Of a stretch of 64,000 nt of DNA, positions 1 through 10,850 are shown one piece after another. Positions within the stretch are counted from its first letter, which is position 1; every line of letters starts with the position of its first letter. The notes under the pieces are model-generated. The model was given only the letters and a program-made list of their open reading frames with translations, had not been told where the DNA came from and did not search any database. The DNA lies in the IMG/VR virus record IMGVR_UViG_3300009130_001466, positions 48,802 to 112,801 of that record, one strand, 5' to 3'. Both the position numbers and the translations under genes were made by a program. The stretch is from a virus.

Positions 1-2210
1 TTTATTAAAGTATTACTTGATCCCGCTGTAACCGAGGAGTCTTGAGAATTTGTAAACGTATTATCTTTGCCCGCACCAACGTGGGACCTTTGAGAATTTT
101 GCATAAAATTCCCAGTTCCCGCTCCGATTGAAGAATCGTCCGAAAGTTTTATGGAGTTTTCTCTACCAGCGACGACCGTGGAAGCCACGCCGCTCACCTT
201 ATTATTTTCGCCAGCGAAAAGCGTGACAAATTTTCCAGAAGCGGTATTGGACTCGCCGCCCATCAAAACGATTCCGTCGCCCACTAACTGATTTCCGCTA
301 CCCCCGACAAGAACGCTCTTATCTCCGTGAAGGGTATTATTGCTACCTCCGAGCAGAGAAGAGGAAGAGCCAGATACTACATTTTCTATCCCGCCGAGCA
401 AGGAAGAGTAGCTTCCAGTTCTCAATTCATTATCTCTGCCGCCTAAGATAGAAGCGGAAGAAGTGTTTTCTCCGACCAGATTGTTTCTGCCGCCGAGTAT
501 CGAAGAGTTGTTTCCGATAGCTTGATTTAAGAAACCCCCTCCAAGAATGGAGTCCTCTCCGCTCACAATATTTTGAAGCCCCGCCAATATCGCTGCGTTT
601 TCGACATAAACCTTGTTGCGGTTTCCTCCACCGATGAAAGAAGAATTTCCGCTTATGTAATTTTCGTCGCCAGCGGCAATGGAAGATCGGTTAGAGTTTT
701 GAATGTAGTTTCCAGTTCCAGCGGCAATCGAAGAATCGCTTGAGCCGCTAATTTTATTAAAACCGCCCCCTACAATTGCAGAATTAGCAGAACCACTCAG
801 TTTATTTTGATTGCCAGCCCCCAGGAAAGATTCATTTGAACTTATAATTCTATTTCCAGTTCCAGCAGAACTTGAAGAATTATTAGACCCTGATAAAACA
901 TTTTCTTCGCCAGCTAAAATAGAAGACCCAGTTGAATCAGTCAAAGAATGGCTATCACCAGCACCTATCCACGAACTACTAGAATTTAAAACATTATTTC
1001 CAGAGCCAGCTCCTATGAAAGAACTGGGAGAGTTAGAGAATATATTTTCAGACCCAGCACCTATGAAAGAATTATCCGACGTATTTAAATGATTTTGGGT
1101 TCCAGCCCCCAGTAAACTATCACTTGAACCAGAAATTATATTAGATAGCCCCGCACCTAAAGTTGATCTTGGTGAATTTTTTACTAAATTCAAATTACCA
1201 CCGACAAGAATAGCATTATCCGAAACTAAATTGTTTCCACTTCCTCCAACTATAACACTTTTTTGCCCAGAAATGTTGTTGTTTGATCCACCTACAAGAG
1301 AACTTAAAGATCCACTTATTTCGTTGTTTTCTCCGCCAAGAAGAGAAGAGTGGGTTGAATTTTTTACAATATTTTCCTTGCCTCCAACTATTGTAGAATA
1401 ATTTCCCGTTTTTATTTCATTATTATCTCCGCCTAAAATAGCAGATTTCTGACCGTCTATAGAATTTATATGACCACCAGCAATTACAGAACCTTCGCCA
1501 GTAATTGTGTTATTTGTACCCGCTATTATCCCACCTAAATTAGAATTTACTTGATTCCCATTGCCTCCAGCAATTGCAGATCGATCAGAATTTACTATAT
1601 TATTTTGTCCAGCACCTATGAAAGATTTATTGCCAGAAATTTGGTTTTGGCTGCCAGCCGATATAGAGGATTGATTACCTATCAAATCATTTCCAAGTCC
1701 ACCATTTACAGTAGATGAATTTCCAGTAATATGATTTCCAGCACCAGCGCCGATAAAAGAAAAGTTCCCACTTAGAGAGTTATGAGTGCCAGCGGAGATA
1801 AACGAGTCATCCCCTATTAAAGAATTATATGTGCCAACACCAATGGCGGAATAATCCCCACTTAGAAAATTATTATTGCCAGCTAATATAACAGAATAAT
1901 TCCCACTTAAAGTATTTACGTTTCCAGCAAATATAACAGATCCTTGCGAATTTTGAGCCATTTGAAGCTGACCCTCCCCCAAACCAGAAAGCGAATTATT
2001 TTTATAAACAAGCTCTAAACCTTGATAAGTTGGTATAGAATTGAAATTCTTAACTCCAGATATGTTCTGATCGCCAGTTTTTAATACTATTTTGTTTCCA
2101 TCCCAATCTATATCAGATCCATCTCCATTTGTGACTATCGCAGTGTTTGGATCTGAATTCAGTATATAGATATAACTAGAATCTATTCTTTTTCCGTAAA
2201 GGTCTGCCAT
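1..2210 (-). CDS. Gly/Ser/Asn-rich repeat tail fibre or adhesin (beta-helix/YadA-head-like repeats); runs off the left edge
   Basis: Not in the ORF track because it is open-ended. ATG at 2210 (MADLYGKRIDSSY...), then ~14-aa repeats such as SVILAGNNNFLSGDY and SSIAAGTGNYIQNSNR. GTGTAA lies 8 nt upstream. Confidence 0.8.
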   Translation of the reverse strand, partial: MADLYGKRIDSSYIYILNSDPNTAIVTNGDGSDIDWDGNKIVLKTGDQNISGVKNFNSIPTYQGLELVYKNNSLSGLGEGQLQMAQNSQGSVIFAGNVNTLSGNYSVILAGNNNFLSGDYSAIGVGTYNSLIGDDSFISAGTHNSLSGNFSFIGAGAGNHITGNSSTVNGGLGNDLIGNQSSISAGSQNQISGNKSFIGAGQNNIVNSDRSAIAGGNGNQVNSNLGGIIAGTNNTITGEGSVIAGGHINSIDGQKSAILGGDNNEIKTGNYSTIVGGKENIVKNSTHSSLLGGENNEISGSLSSLVGGSNNNISGQKSVIVGGSGNNLVSDNAILVGGNLNLVKNSPRSTLGAGLSNIISGSSDSLLGAGTQNHLNTSDNSFIGAGSENIFSNSPSSFIGAGSGNNVLNSSSSWIGAGDSHSLTDSTGSSILAGEENVLSGSNNSSSSAGTGNRIISSNESFLGAGNQNKLSGSANSAIVGGGFNKISGSSDSSIAAGTGNYIQNSNRSSIAAGDENYISGNSSFIGGGNRNKVYVENAAILAGLQNIVSGEDSILGGGFLNQAIGNNSSILGGRNNLVGENTSSASILGGRDNELRTGSYSSLLGGIENVVSGSSSSLLGGSNNTLHGDKSVLVGGSGNQLVGDGIVLMGGESNTASGKFVTLFAGENNKVSGVASTVVAGRENSIKLSDDSSIGAGTGNFMQNSQRSHVGAGKDNTFTNSQDSSVTAGSSNTLI

Positions 2211-2218
2211 AATCTTAT

Positions 2219-3343
2219 TTACACAAAACTGTTCCAAATAAAGTCATTATGACTGAAAATAGTTCCGTTGTTCTTATTCCAAAGGTAAACAGAGGCGCCA
2301 GTTAATATATTTATATTATTTGCGCCAAAAATTAAATTTGCATCTTCTGATAATTCTGATGAAATAGAGTTACTGAAGTTTTTGGACTGTAAACTTGCTC
2401 CAGAAATATTGACCATGAAGTTTTTGCCATTTATCTTGCCACCACTTATGCTTATATAATAAGTTTCTGAATTTTTTAAAAAATTTAATAAAGAATGATC
2501 GGTTTCTATGTCTGAAACTTTATTTTTTAAAGAAATTTTTCCTAAAAACGGAGGAGTCGCCACCCTTCCCATTGGAAAATATTTATCTATAGAATTTATT
2601 CTTTTTCTGTTAAAATCGAGATTTATGTCGAAAGATTGAATATTATCTGGCTTAATCAAGAAAGAATCTTCTGTTCCTATCCCGCTTATTTTTACATAAG
2701 TATTGTATCCAGCAGTCCACTCTCCCATAAAGTTGGACTCAATTAATTCATCGTATATGCCAGTAAACACAAAATTACCAACTGGTTGTTGATCTCCAGT
2801 TAAATTAACAGATGGAGACTTGCCACTGCTTAATAAATACTGCCCATCGCTACCACTATATTCTTGCGCAATTATATTACTTCCGATGTATGAATAGTCA
2901 CTGGTTAAAATACCACCAACTTTTTGATTTATTTTTACAGAGTCAAGAAAACAATTTCCTATTGAAAGCGAACTCTCATATTGACTAAGAACAGTTCTTT
3001 CTTCGTCTCTACCAACAATAGAATAAAAGTTTTTCCCCCGATTTAAATCTTCACGAAGTTGCCCTCCAGTAAAAACATCTTCAAACAATGTTTCAAAATT
3101 TTCAAGTATAGATAAGTTTACATTGACATCTGGGGCTTGATTTGAATAAATAAAATTTTTCTTTTTTGATCCCACTGAACCCTTACTACTAACTAAATTA
3201 GATCCAAAATCAAAATCAAAACTTTGCACCCCTGGCAAGAAGAACATACCGCTTCCGTTATTCATTTCTTGCTGATGAAACTCATCCTCGCTATAAAACA
3301 AGCAAACATCCGCGTATCTATTTACAAATCTAGACGCACTCAT
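2219..3343 (-). CDS. tail-tube-like tail tip protein (paralogue of 14868..16292)
   Basis: VQSFDFDF and SIGNCFLDSVKINQKVGG align with VQSANYSF and GIGNAFVTDYSLEASVGG of the major tube protein. Confidence 0.6.
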   Translation of the reverse strand: MSASRFVNRYADVCLFYSEDEFHQQEMNNGSGMFFLPGVQSFDFDFGSNLVSSKGSVGSKKKNFIYSNQAPDVNVNLSILENFETLFEDVFTGGQLREDLNRGKNFYSIVGRDEERTVLSQYESSLSIGNCFLDSVKINQKVGGILTSDYSYIGSNIIAQEYSGSDGQYLLSSGKSPSVNLTGDQQPVGNFVFTGIYDELIESNFMGEWTAGYNTYVKISGIGTEDSFLIKPDNIQSFDINLDFNRKRINSIDKYFPMGRVATPPFLGKISLKNKVSDIETDHSLLNFLKNSETYYISISGGKINGKNFMVNISGASLQSKNFSNSISSELSEDANLIFGANNINILTGASVYLWNKNNGTIFSHNDFIWNSFV

Positions 3344-4380
3344 TAAACCCTCCCAAAATCAAAAATATTAAAATTAAAAGAAAAAGAAGAGTTTAGATTT
3401 TGACCCAAAGAAATTGACTGGGAGTTAGAAGATAATCTTGCTCCAGATATCTGAAACTCTTGAGTCTCTGAATTTCCATTTTCAAAACTTAAATTCACTA
3501 CATAAGAATCGTTTGTCTCTAGAAAATCTTTTAGATTAGACTGGGACCCGCTTAAGTTAAATTCTGAAGATATAAAAGATGCAGAAAGTGACCCCTCCGT
3601 AGTATGTATGAACTTTCTTTTTATTGGGTATTTCTTTCCGATTGAAAATATTTTTTTTCTATTAAATGGCATAGATAAGGAAAAATCTTGAATCATGTCA
3701 GCTTTAATTAAAAATATATTTTCTGAGTTAACTCCAGATATCGACAAATTGGTTTTATAAGCTGGGAAAATATCATCTTGAAGATTTGTCTGAGCATTAA
3801 GTAGGCCTTGAACATTCGGAAGGGTTGTTGTAATGATTTGTGATTGATCTCCAGTTAAATTAACAGCTGGGTTATTTATCTCATTTGAGACTATGGTTTG
3901 AGCATTGATATTACTACAAGAATAAGTGTATTTTGATGTTAAAAACTGATTAATAGATTGCGTTAAAGTGAAATTTTCAAGGAAAGCATTGCCAAAATTT
4001 ATGGTTTCATCTGCATCAGAAAAGTCTGAGTAATATTTTTTTTTACCTATCAGAAAATAAAAACTAGCATCTTGATCTAAGTCTTCTAAAACGGCATTGC
4101 CGCTAAAAAATCCAGAGAACATATCTTCAAATGTCTCAAAAATGTTAACATCTAAATTTACATCAACGTCATATCTATTTACGCTTTTTGAATAGAATTT
4201 ATCACCAAGCGTTAGTATATCTTCGGTTTTTGTATTAAAATCAAATGAAAAATCCTGCACCAACGGGACTAGTTTTATAGATGATGCGTCATTAGACCCG
4301 CTTAAAAATGATCCAGCGCCACCCTTCAACAAACAAACATTTTCATATGTTATTGTTGGTCTATTTATATTAGTTGTCAT
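3343..4380 (-). CDS. tail-tube-like tail tip protein (paralogue)
   Basis: VQDFSFDF, FGNAFLENFTL, IQDFSLSMPFNRKKIFSIGKKYP. Start moved to MTTNINRP. Confidence 0.6.
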   Translation of the reverse strand: MTTNINRPTITYENVCLLKGGAGSFLSGSNDASSIKLVPLVQDFSFDFNTKTEDILTLGDKFYSKSVNRYDVDVNLDVNIFETFEDMFSGFFSGNAVLEDLDQDASFYFLIGKKKYYSDFSDADETINFGNAFLENFTLTQSINQFLTSKYTYSCSNINAQTIVSNEINNPAVNLTGDQSQIITTTLPNVQGLLNAQTNLQDDIFPAYKTNLSISGVNSENIFLIKADMIQDFSLSMPFNRKKIFSIGKKYPIKRKFIHTTEGSLSASFISSEFNLSGSQSNLKDFLETNDSYVVNLSFENGNSETQEFQISGARLSSNSQSISLGQNLNSSFSFNFNIFDFGRV

Positions 4381-5413
4381 AATAATAATTATCAAACATT
4401 GCGTCGGATTTAAATTTAATTACTTCATCTAAATTTAATGTAATGTCGTTACAATCTTTATAAACAAATTTATGTTGCAGAGAATTACAAACAAAAAACT
4501 TTCTTTGGTTGTATAATTGAGGCAAGTTTAATTCAAAAGGTTTGTAATCTTCGTGTTTTTCTATAAAATGAATTATTGATCTAGTTTCTTTATTGCTCCT
4601 GTTTTTTAGTGTTAGGGTTAGCCCTTTTATTAATCCAGCATTTGCATCTGTTTTCGCAAAAGAAGAAAAAGAATCTTTTAATTTTACAATTTCAGATTTT
4701 TTGTCTGTAGAAATGGAAACGTTATCGTCCAAATCATAAAAAAATGATCTAGTCCATTTTGAGGCGGTTCCAGTTGGACTATTTGAAGTATTTGATGTAT
4801 GATCGCCGCTACAATAATAAAATCTTTCAATCCTATTGGCCGCTGTATCGAAATTGCTATGCCCTCCAGTATTGTATTGTGGAAAATAAATAACATCAAA
4901 TTTTTCATAATCACTTGAAGACGACCATCCAGTTTGAAAATTTCCAGTATTTAAATACGAAGATGTTGCCCAGTTCAAAAAAGAAGAATATCCATTTTTT
5001 GAAACAACCAAATCTATATCAAAAAGTCCGTCATGAAACCTAAAGTCGTAATTTTCTACATAAAGTTCATTTATTCTTTGATACACATCTCCAGTCGGGA
5101 AAGCTAATTCAACATTATTTATATCAAGTTGATTAAAATCAAAAAACCCCAAACTATTTCTACTAACGCCCTCCAAAAAACTCAAAAAAGATTTAGCCTC
5201 CTCTTCTGTTTTGTTAGAGAATTTTAAATTAAATTTTATTTCTGTCCCGTTTAAACCTTTAGAGAATTTTTTATAATGGTTGTCTGCTGTATAAAAATGC
5301 ACATTTTTATTTTCAAAAGACACGGTGGAGCCATATTCTGGGACAAACGAGTTAGCCTCGATAGTGCCCGTTACGTTATTGTCTCTATCGTAAGTTGCTA
5401 ATACTTCGCTCAT
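4370..5413 (-). CDS. distal/minor tail protein with an inserted small carbohydrate-binding-like module
   Basis: Directly downstream of the TMP. Two similar LxFxN(K/R)(T/S)xxE(A/T) half-domains. Insert WSSSSDYEKFDVIY...YYCSGDHTS...P...W. Confidence 0.55.
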   Translation of the reverse strand: MSEVLATYDRDNNVTGTIEANSFVPEYGSTVSFENKNVHFYTADNHYKKFSKGLNGTEIKFNLKFSNKTEEEAKSFLSFLEGVSRNSLGFFDFNQLDINNVELAFPTGDVYQRINELYVENYDFRFHDGLFDIDLVVSKNGYSSFLNWATSSYLNTGNFQTGWSSSSDYEKFDVIYFPQYNTGGHSNFDTAANRIERFYYCSGDHTSNTSNSPTGTASKWTRSFFYDLDDNVSISTDKKSEIVKLKDSFSSFAKTDANAGLIKGLTLTLKNRSNKETRSIIHFIEKHEDYKPFELNLPQLYNQRKFFVCNSLQHKFVYKDCNDITLNLDEVIKFKSDAMFDNYYYDN

Positions 5414-5415
5414 TT

Positions 5416-8400
5416 TTATGACTTATATAAATAGTTTAGAGTTCCCCCACTTCTAGACTCTTCTTGTATCACTGTCGTGACTGCCGATCTGATTCTAGAA
5501 GCAAACTCTCTTTGGTTCTCTGAAGAGCCCTGGCCGCCTTCTTGACTAACTTTGCCATCTTGTATATTGAAAGTAAAATCTGAGTTATTTGTTATTTCGC
5601 CTCCGCCAAGTGCATTACTTCCAGCCTCTGAAGCAACAGGAGAAACTGCTCCTCCATTTTGAAATCCTTGCATTGGGAGCATACCTTTATTTAGGCTAGA
5701 CAGAAAGTCGGTTCCATATTTATCTACCGCAGATTTCTTAACTACAAATTCTCCAGGGGTTAGCATAGCTGGTACTGTATCTGTTCCTCTACCAACTGAT
5801 CCGCCAGCATTAAAGAAACTGAATAAACTACCCAAGCCACCACTCAAACCACCGAGAAGGCTGCTAAATATTCCACCAATTCCGCTCCCTATTCCACCTA
5901 GTCCGCCGAGAAGGCTACTAAATATTCCGCCGCCACCTGCGCCACCACCAAATAAACCTACGAGACTGTCTTTTAGTCCACCAAATATTCCACCAAGTTT
6001 ATCTTTTAAACCTCCGAATAAATCGCCAAATCCGCTTTTTATTTTACTGAAAAAGCCCTCCTGCCCTTCTCCTTCTTTTCCAGTTATACCCTCTAAAGCT
6101 TTTTCTGCTCCGCTAGTGGCTCCTCCACTTATGGCATTAGCTACATCTTGAACAAATAGTGGATTTGTTGGGCTGCTTCCTAGAGCGCCGCCACCTTTTT
6201 TACCTCCACCAAATAAGTCACCAAAAAACCCGCCAACTTTTGAGAAGAGTCCTCCGCCGCTAGCAGCTGCACCGCTAGCAGCTGCACCGCTAGCAGCTGC
6301 GCCGCCAGAAGCTGCGCCGCCAGCAGCGCCAGAAGCTCCCCCTCCGCCGAAAAGACCACCAATAGATGAAAATATATTTTTTTGACCACCGCCCCCAGCG
6401 CCGCCAAAAACTCCAGTTGGGCCTCCACTAAATAAAGTGTTTGTAAATTGATCTGCGGCTTGTTGTAGAAACGCATCCCTAATGAACCCTAAGAAATTTC
6501 TTCCAGCATCGGATAAAGCCTCATCTAAATCTTTGGCCCCGCTTACAGCATCTTTCATAGCGGAACCCAAATTATCACTAAATTGAAGTGGTATATTTTC
6601 ACCAAGCTCATCTTTAAAAAAATCTATATCGTCTTTAACTTGTCCCAATCCTTTGCTAAATCCATCGGCAAATCCTTGCGGTTTATTAAGGTTATTTATT
6701 TCTTGTTGTAATTTTATTTCTTCTAGCTTGTCGTCCAATACTCTTTGCTGAATTTCTGCCTTAGCTACAGCAAGGTCAAAATCGGTTTTGGCTTTTTTAG
6801 ATAGCTCTATACCAGCCTCGGCAAGCCCCTCTTCAATTGAAAGTAAGCTAGCCCCTGCCTTAACCTGGCCCTCTATAAACTCTTTCTGCTTTTCAGAAAA
6901 AACACTGGCATCTGTGATTGATTTTACGTATTCTTCTGTGATTTTGAATTCTTCTTTAGCTCTTTCTATGAGAAATTCCCCCATAGCTATCTCATTTTCT
7001 AGACCCACTTTCCTTACTGTTGTTACAGCTTTAGCTAAATCAAGTTCTTTGCCTCTTATCGCGGATAAAGCTCCTTCTTGAAATATAGTCGCTCCTATTT
7101 CTCCAGGCTTCGTAGGCTCTAACTGCTTTGTTGTGTCAAATCCACCAGCCGCAAATCTTCCTTCGCCTATGCTTTCTTTAAAGCTTTTTTTTGCTGCAGA
7201 TCCAATTACCCCTTTCTCTCCAAAACCAGATGCAGCTATTAATGCTGCATCGGCGGCTTTTTTGGCGGCGGCATCAATCTGCTCAATAGCTTTGATCATG
7301 TTTTCCGCAAACAAAACTGCATTAAACTCCTTCTCGACTGTAGTTCTTGTTGTCCCACGCCGTGGATTGAAAAATTCCTTCTCAACATCTGTGCTGCTCG
7401 CATCAATGATCTTTTGCAACTCGGTTGTGCTCCCAACTTTTGCCAAAGACGCACTCAATGTTTCTTTATCTTTTACTCCTCCAAAAAATCCTTTATTAAT
7501 TCCTTTTAATCCTTTTACTTGTTTTTCAAGTATATCACCTATATCTGCATCCGCTTCAACATTTAATTTTTTTGCAAGTTCAGCCTTTTCACTTGCTCTT
7601 TTTATCTCCGCAACGAAAGAAGACTTCAAAGCGGCGGAAGCTTCTATTGATCCAGCTGATAACTCTCCCAGATCAATATTTTTAAGTGATTCGTTTAGTT
7701 TTTCGAACCCTGTTTTTGTTTTTGTTAATTCTAGAACAAGCGGAGCCACCACTGCTCCCACAGCTACAGCAGTACCAATTCCAGGCAAAGCTCTACCAAC
7801 TCCAGCTATGCCTCTACCCAGGCCACCCCTAGCTCCCCTCAGTTTGCCCTCTGAACCCCTCATTATTCCACCTGTTCTCGGACTCCGAAAGGTAGCTAAC
7901 TCTGTTCCAAAACTAGACAACTTAGCCCCAACATTTTCAAGCGGCCCTTTCAATAAGCTTAATCCACTTAATAATGATGCGGCTAAACTCACCTCACTGA
8001 TAAACTTCCCAAGACCACTTTCGGCTCCACTAAAAGCAGAGCTTAAGAAAAATAAAGCAGTAGACGCTCCTAGTGCAGCATTCGAAAATTTATCTACAGA
8101 CTCTGTAGCTCCTGCCGTTCCTCTTTTTGCAAAATTAGGTATCCTGCCAGTTGGCTCATCTCTTGTATTAGTGACGGCAAGACCTTGTGGATTTTGAGAA
8201 TTGCGAAGCTTCCCGCTTTGATTTATTCTTATTTGATTGATTGGAAGGCCAGCAGCTTGCTCTCTTGCAACTGCTTCATCCAAAGCTCCACGAGCAAAAT
8301 TTGGGATATAACCTCCAGCACTTCTTCTGTTAAATTCTGCTGTAACGGCTTTTCTACTAGGTCCAGCAACTCTGCTTTTTTGTAGTTCCCCTAAACCAGT

Positions 8401-10836
8401 CTTGGAAACACCCTTGCCTCCAGCGCCAAATTTTTCCATCTTATTGGCCATACTGTTGTATATACGAGTATTACCAGAGATTTTAGCCTCTATAAATCTA
8501 GCCTGGTCAGAGATTCCAGGATATAATTTTGCTATATCGTTTCTGGCCGCACTACCAACAAAATCAAATGTAGCTGTTTGAGATAAATCATATTGCGGGC
8601 TTTTTAATATGGAGCTAATAGCGGCTTCATAAATTACACCAGCCAAAGACGATACAGATCCTCGGTTTCCCAGTTCGTTTATTTTCGTTGCGGCTGGTCT
8701 TCCTCCACTTATTTTTTTAGCTTCTAGATTAGCTAATCCTACACCAAATTTTCCGACAGATTTTACATAATCCTTCGTTTCTCTGCCTTTTATTTGCGCA
8801 TCATTATAGCCCAAAATTGGAAATTGATAACTTTTGCCAGTTTTTGATTTTCCTACAGCGAATTTGCCCAAATTTTTATCTGGAGTAATTAAAGCGAATC
8901 TACGGTCTTGTATTGGAGCTGCTTGCCTCTTTGCAAAATTAGGAATAAATCCACTAGCCGCATTTATCTTTTTCGCCCCACTTGGAAGGCCCATCGACCT
9001 AACCATGTCTTGGTTAAATATAGCATCTCCGCCTCCAGCATAATTAGGAACAAAATATTCACTAGTGTTTGCGACCATTGTGCCACGTTTGCCGCCACCA
9101 AAAGCAAAATTAGGAATTGAAACAACTTTGGAGCTAGACGGGGCGCCACCAACACCACGAGAAACGTCACGAGCTTCGGCAGCAACATAACCATCAGATG
9201 CTCTTCCTTTAGGGGTAACCCCTTTTGTCCCGCCACGCAGTCCAGCACCAAAAAGTCCAGGCGTTACAGTTGCAGCGGCTTTTTGAACCCTAGCGAGCGC
9301 GGCGGCTTGTTGGTTATAAATTTTTAGAAGTAATTGTTCTTGAGCTACCTTATTTCCTTCTAGGGCTAAAATCTCTCTTTGGATACTTTCATTTTGCAGC
9401 AGTGTCTGAAGGACGGACTGTTGAAGCGATTTTTGAGCCTCCGCAGCCTTGTTAATACCAAGCAGGCTTTTTAAGGAACTAGCTCCAAACTTTGCCAAGT
9501 CTACAAATAATTTTACAAATATAGCACTAATTAAAGCTAACCCTGGGCCAGTTAAAACGCCACCTATCCCCTTAACTATGCTTTGTGCGAATTTTGAACC
9601 TATTGAATCTCCCTGCAATAAATCAGTAATCCCACTAACTACAGAAGAAAACACCTTTAAAATATCTTTCGCTGCATCAGTAAAACCCAATTCTCCAACA
9701 ACAGAAGAGAGTTTTTGCGCCCCAACTGTCAAATTATTTATCAATGCTTCTAGCGTATCATTTAATTGGGCGTTTTTTCTATCTAAGGCGCCAGCAGCTC
9801 CAGCGGAAACTTGAAGAGATTTTGCAAACTGACTTTGGCTAGAATTTAAATCTTCGACCAAACTAATTAAAATATCACGCTGGCGAACGCCAGCAACTTT
9901 TTGGATAATCTCTCCAGCCTCAACACTTTTTAAACCAAGCTTGTTGAGCTCTACTGCGAGTTCCTGAAAAAGAGGTATAGCGCTTCTTACATTACCTTCC
10001 ACGTCTACAACATTTATTCCCAAGTCTTCAAGCGCGGCTAATGTATCAGTTCTGCCCAATCTAGCAAAAATGGTTTTAAAAGCATTACCAATAACAGCGC
10101 CGCCACGCTGAGTTCTTTCTTGCACGGTTGTAATGACACCTAAAAGCTCATCAAAAGATACGCCAGCTACACGAGCCGATGCGGAAGCTCGTTCAAGACC
10201 GTTAATCAAATCCTCCGTAGACACAGCGAACTTTGTATCAACTTCGGCTAATTTATCCGCTATTTGAGCTACATTTAAACCAGCGCCTTCAAAACCCTTT
10301 ATCGCTGCAGTCAAACCAGCTACAGCTTGTTGAGAATCAATACCAGCGACGCGAACTAATTTCAAAGAAGTTTCAACACGAGAAAGCGACTCTTCTACGC
10401 TTAAACCCTGACGAGCTAACTCTAAAGCGCCATCGGCCACCTGATCAAAAGATGTCGCTGTTTTTTGAGCTACAGCGAAAATACCATTACCAAATTGTTC
10501 TAATTCTTTTTGGGTCCCCCCTAAAATAGTATTAATTTTTGCAAAAGTAGCTTCTACTCTAATAGTGTTTTCTACTAGCGCCCCAAATGCTTGAGAAAGT
10601 TTATTAATAACAGCAACCGAAGCACCAAAAGCTAAAACACGAGCATTAGAAGCTTCTAATGATTTTTGGAATTCAGTGGCTTGCCCTGTTATTTTTCCAA
10701 GCGGGCGAGATAGCTTTTCAATGGATCGTGCCCCGCTTCCAAAATCAACTCCCTTAGCTTGAGTCTGTATTCTAGCTAAAGCCGCCTCAACCTTTCTTGT
10801 ATTTGGTTCTAAATTTACTCCTACATTTACCGCCAT
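5416..10836 (-). CDS. tail tape measure protein (TP901-like core, Gly-rich C-terminus)
   Basis: 1806 aa, Ala/Gly-rich helical. Motifs ELARQGLS and GGAVIGNAFKTIFARL; C-terminal DTVPAMLTPGEFVV. Confidence 0.92.
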   Translation of the reverse strand: MAVNVGVNLEPNTRKVEAALARIQTQAKGVDFGSGARSIEKLSRPLGKITGQATEFQKSLEASNARVLAFGASVAVINKLSQAFGALVENTIRVEATFAKINTILGGTQKELEQFGNGIFAVAQKTATSFDQVADGALELARQGLSVEESLSRVETSLKLVRVAGIDSQQAVAGLTAAIKGFEGAGLNVAQIADKLAEVDTKFAVSTEDLINGLERASASARVAGVSFDELLGVITTVQERTQRGGAVIGNAFKTIFARLGRTDTLAALEDLGINVVDVEGNVRSAIPLFQELAVELNKLGLKSVEAGEIIQKVAGVRQRDILISLVEDLNSSQSQFAKSLQVSAGAAGALDRKNAQLNDTLEALINNLTVGAQKLSSVVGELGFTDAAKDILKVFSSVVSGITDLLQGDSIGSKFAQSIVKGIGGVLTGPGLALISAIFVKLFVDLAKFGASSLKSLLGINKAAEAQKSLQQSVLQTLLQNESIQREILALEGNKVAQEQLLLKIYNQQAAALARVQKAAATVTPGLFGAGLRGGTKGVTPKGRASDGYVAAEARDVSRGVGGAPSSSKVVSIPNFAFGGGKRGTMVANTSEYFVPNYAGGGDAIFNQDMVRSMGLPSGAKKINAASGFIPNFAKRQAAPIQDRRFALITPDKNLGKFAVGKSKTGKSYQFPILGYNDAQIKGRETKDYVKSVGKFGVGLANLEAKKISGGRPAATKINELGNRGSVSSLAGVIYEAAISSILKSPQYDLSQTATFDFVGSAARNDIAKLYPGISDQARFIEAKISGNTRIYNSMANKMEKFGAGGKGVSKTGLGELQKSRVAGPSRKAVTAEFNRRSAGGYIPNFARGALDEAVAREQAAGLPINQIRINQSGKLRNSQNPQGLAVTNTRDEPTGRIPNFAKRGTAGATESVDKFSNAALGASTALFFLSSAFSGAESGLGKFISEVSLAASLLSGLSLLKGPLENVGAKLSSFGTELATFRSPRTGGIMRGSEGKLRGARGGLGRGIAGVGRALPGIGTAVAVGAVVAPLVLELTKTKTGFEKLNESLKNIDLGELSAGSIEASAALKSSFVAEIKRASEKAELAKKLNVEADADIGDILEKQVKGLKGINKGFFGGVKDKETLSASLAKVGSTTELQKIIDASSTDVEKEFFNPRRGTTRTTVEKEFNAVLFAENMIKAIEQIDAAAKKAADAALIAASGFGEKGVIGSAAKKSFKESIGEGRFAAGGFDTTKQLEPTKPGEIGATIFQEGALSAIRGKELDLAKAVTTVRKVGLENEIAMGEFLIERAKEEFKITEEYVKSITDASVFSEKQKEFIEGQVKAGASLLSIEEGLAEAGIELSKKAKTDFDLAVAKAEIQQRVLDDKLEEIKLQQEINNLNKPQGFADGFSKGLGQVKDDIDFFKDELGENIPLQFSDNLGSAMKDAVSGAKDLDEALSDAGRNFLGFIRDAFLQQAADQFTNTLFSGGPTGVFGGAGGGGQKNIFSSIGGLFGGGGASGAAGGAASGGAAASGAAASGAAASGGGLFSKVGGFFGDLFGGGKKGGGALGSSPTNPLFVQDVANAISGGATSGAEKALEGITGKEGEGQEGFFSKIKSGFGDLFGGLKDKLGGIFGGLKDSLVGLFGGGAGGGGIFSSLLGGLGGIGSGIGGIFSSLLGGLSGGLGSLFSFFNAGGSVGRGTDTVPAMLTPGEFVVKKSAVDKYGTDFLSSLNKGMLPMQGFQNGGAVSPVASEAGSNALGGGEITNNSDFTFNIQDGKVSQEGGQGSSENQREFASRIRSAVTTVIQEESRSGGTLNYLYKS

Positions 10837-10850
10837 ACAGAATATTACAC

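Noticed and set aside
6250-6335. 15-bp tandem repeats in the TMP
   Set aside because: They simply encode low-complexity GAAAS repeats in the Gly-rich tail.
7133-8197. 354-aa plus-strand ORF (also 811..1092, 6788..7081, 18016..18459, 21025..21444 and similar)
   Set aside because: Antisense shadows of the TMP, fibre, capsid and protease genes, caused by codon bias.
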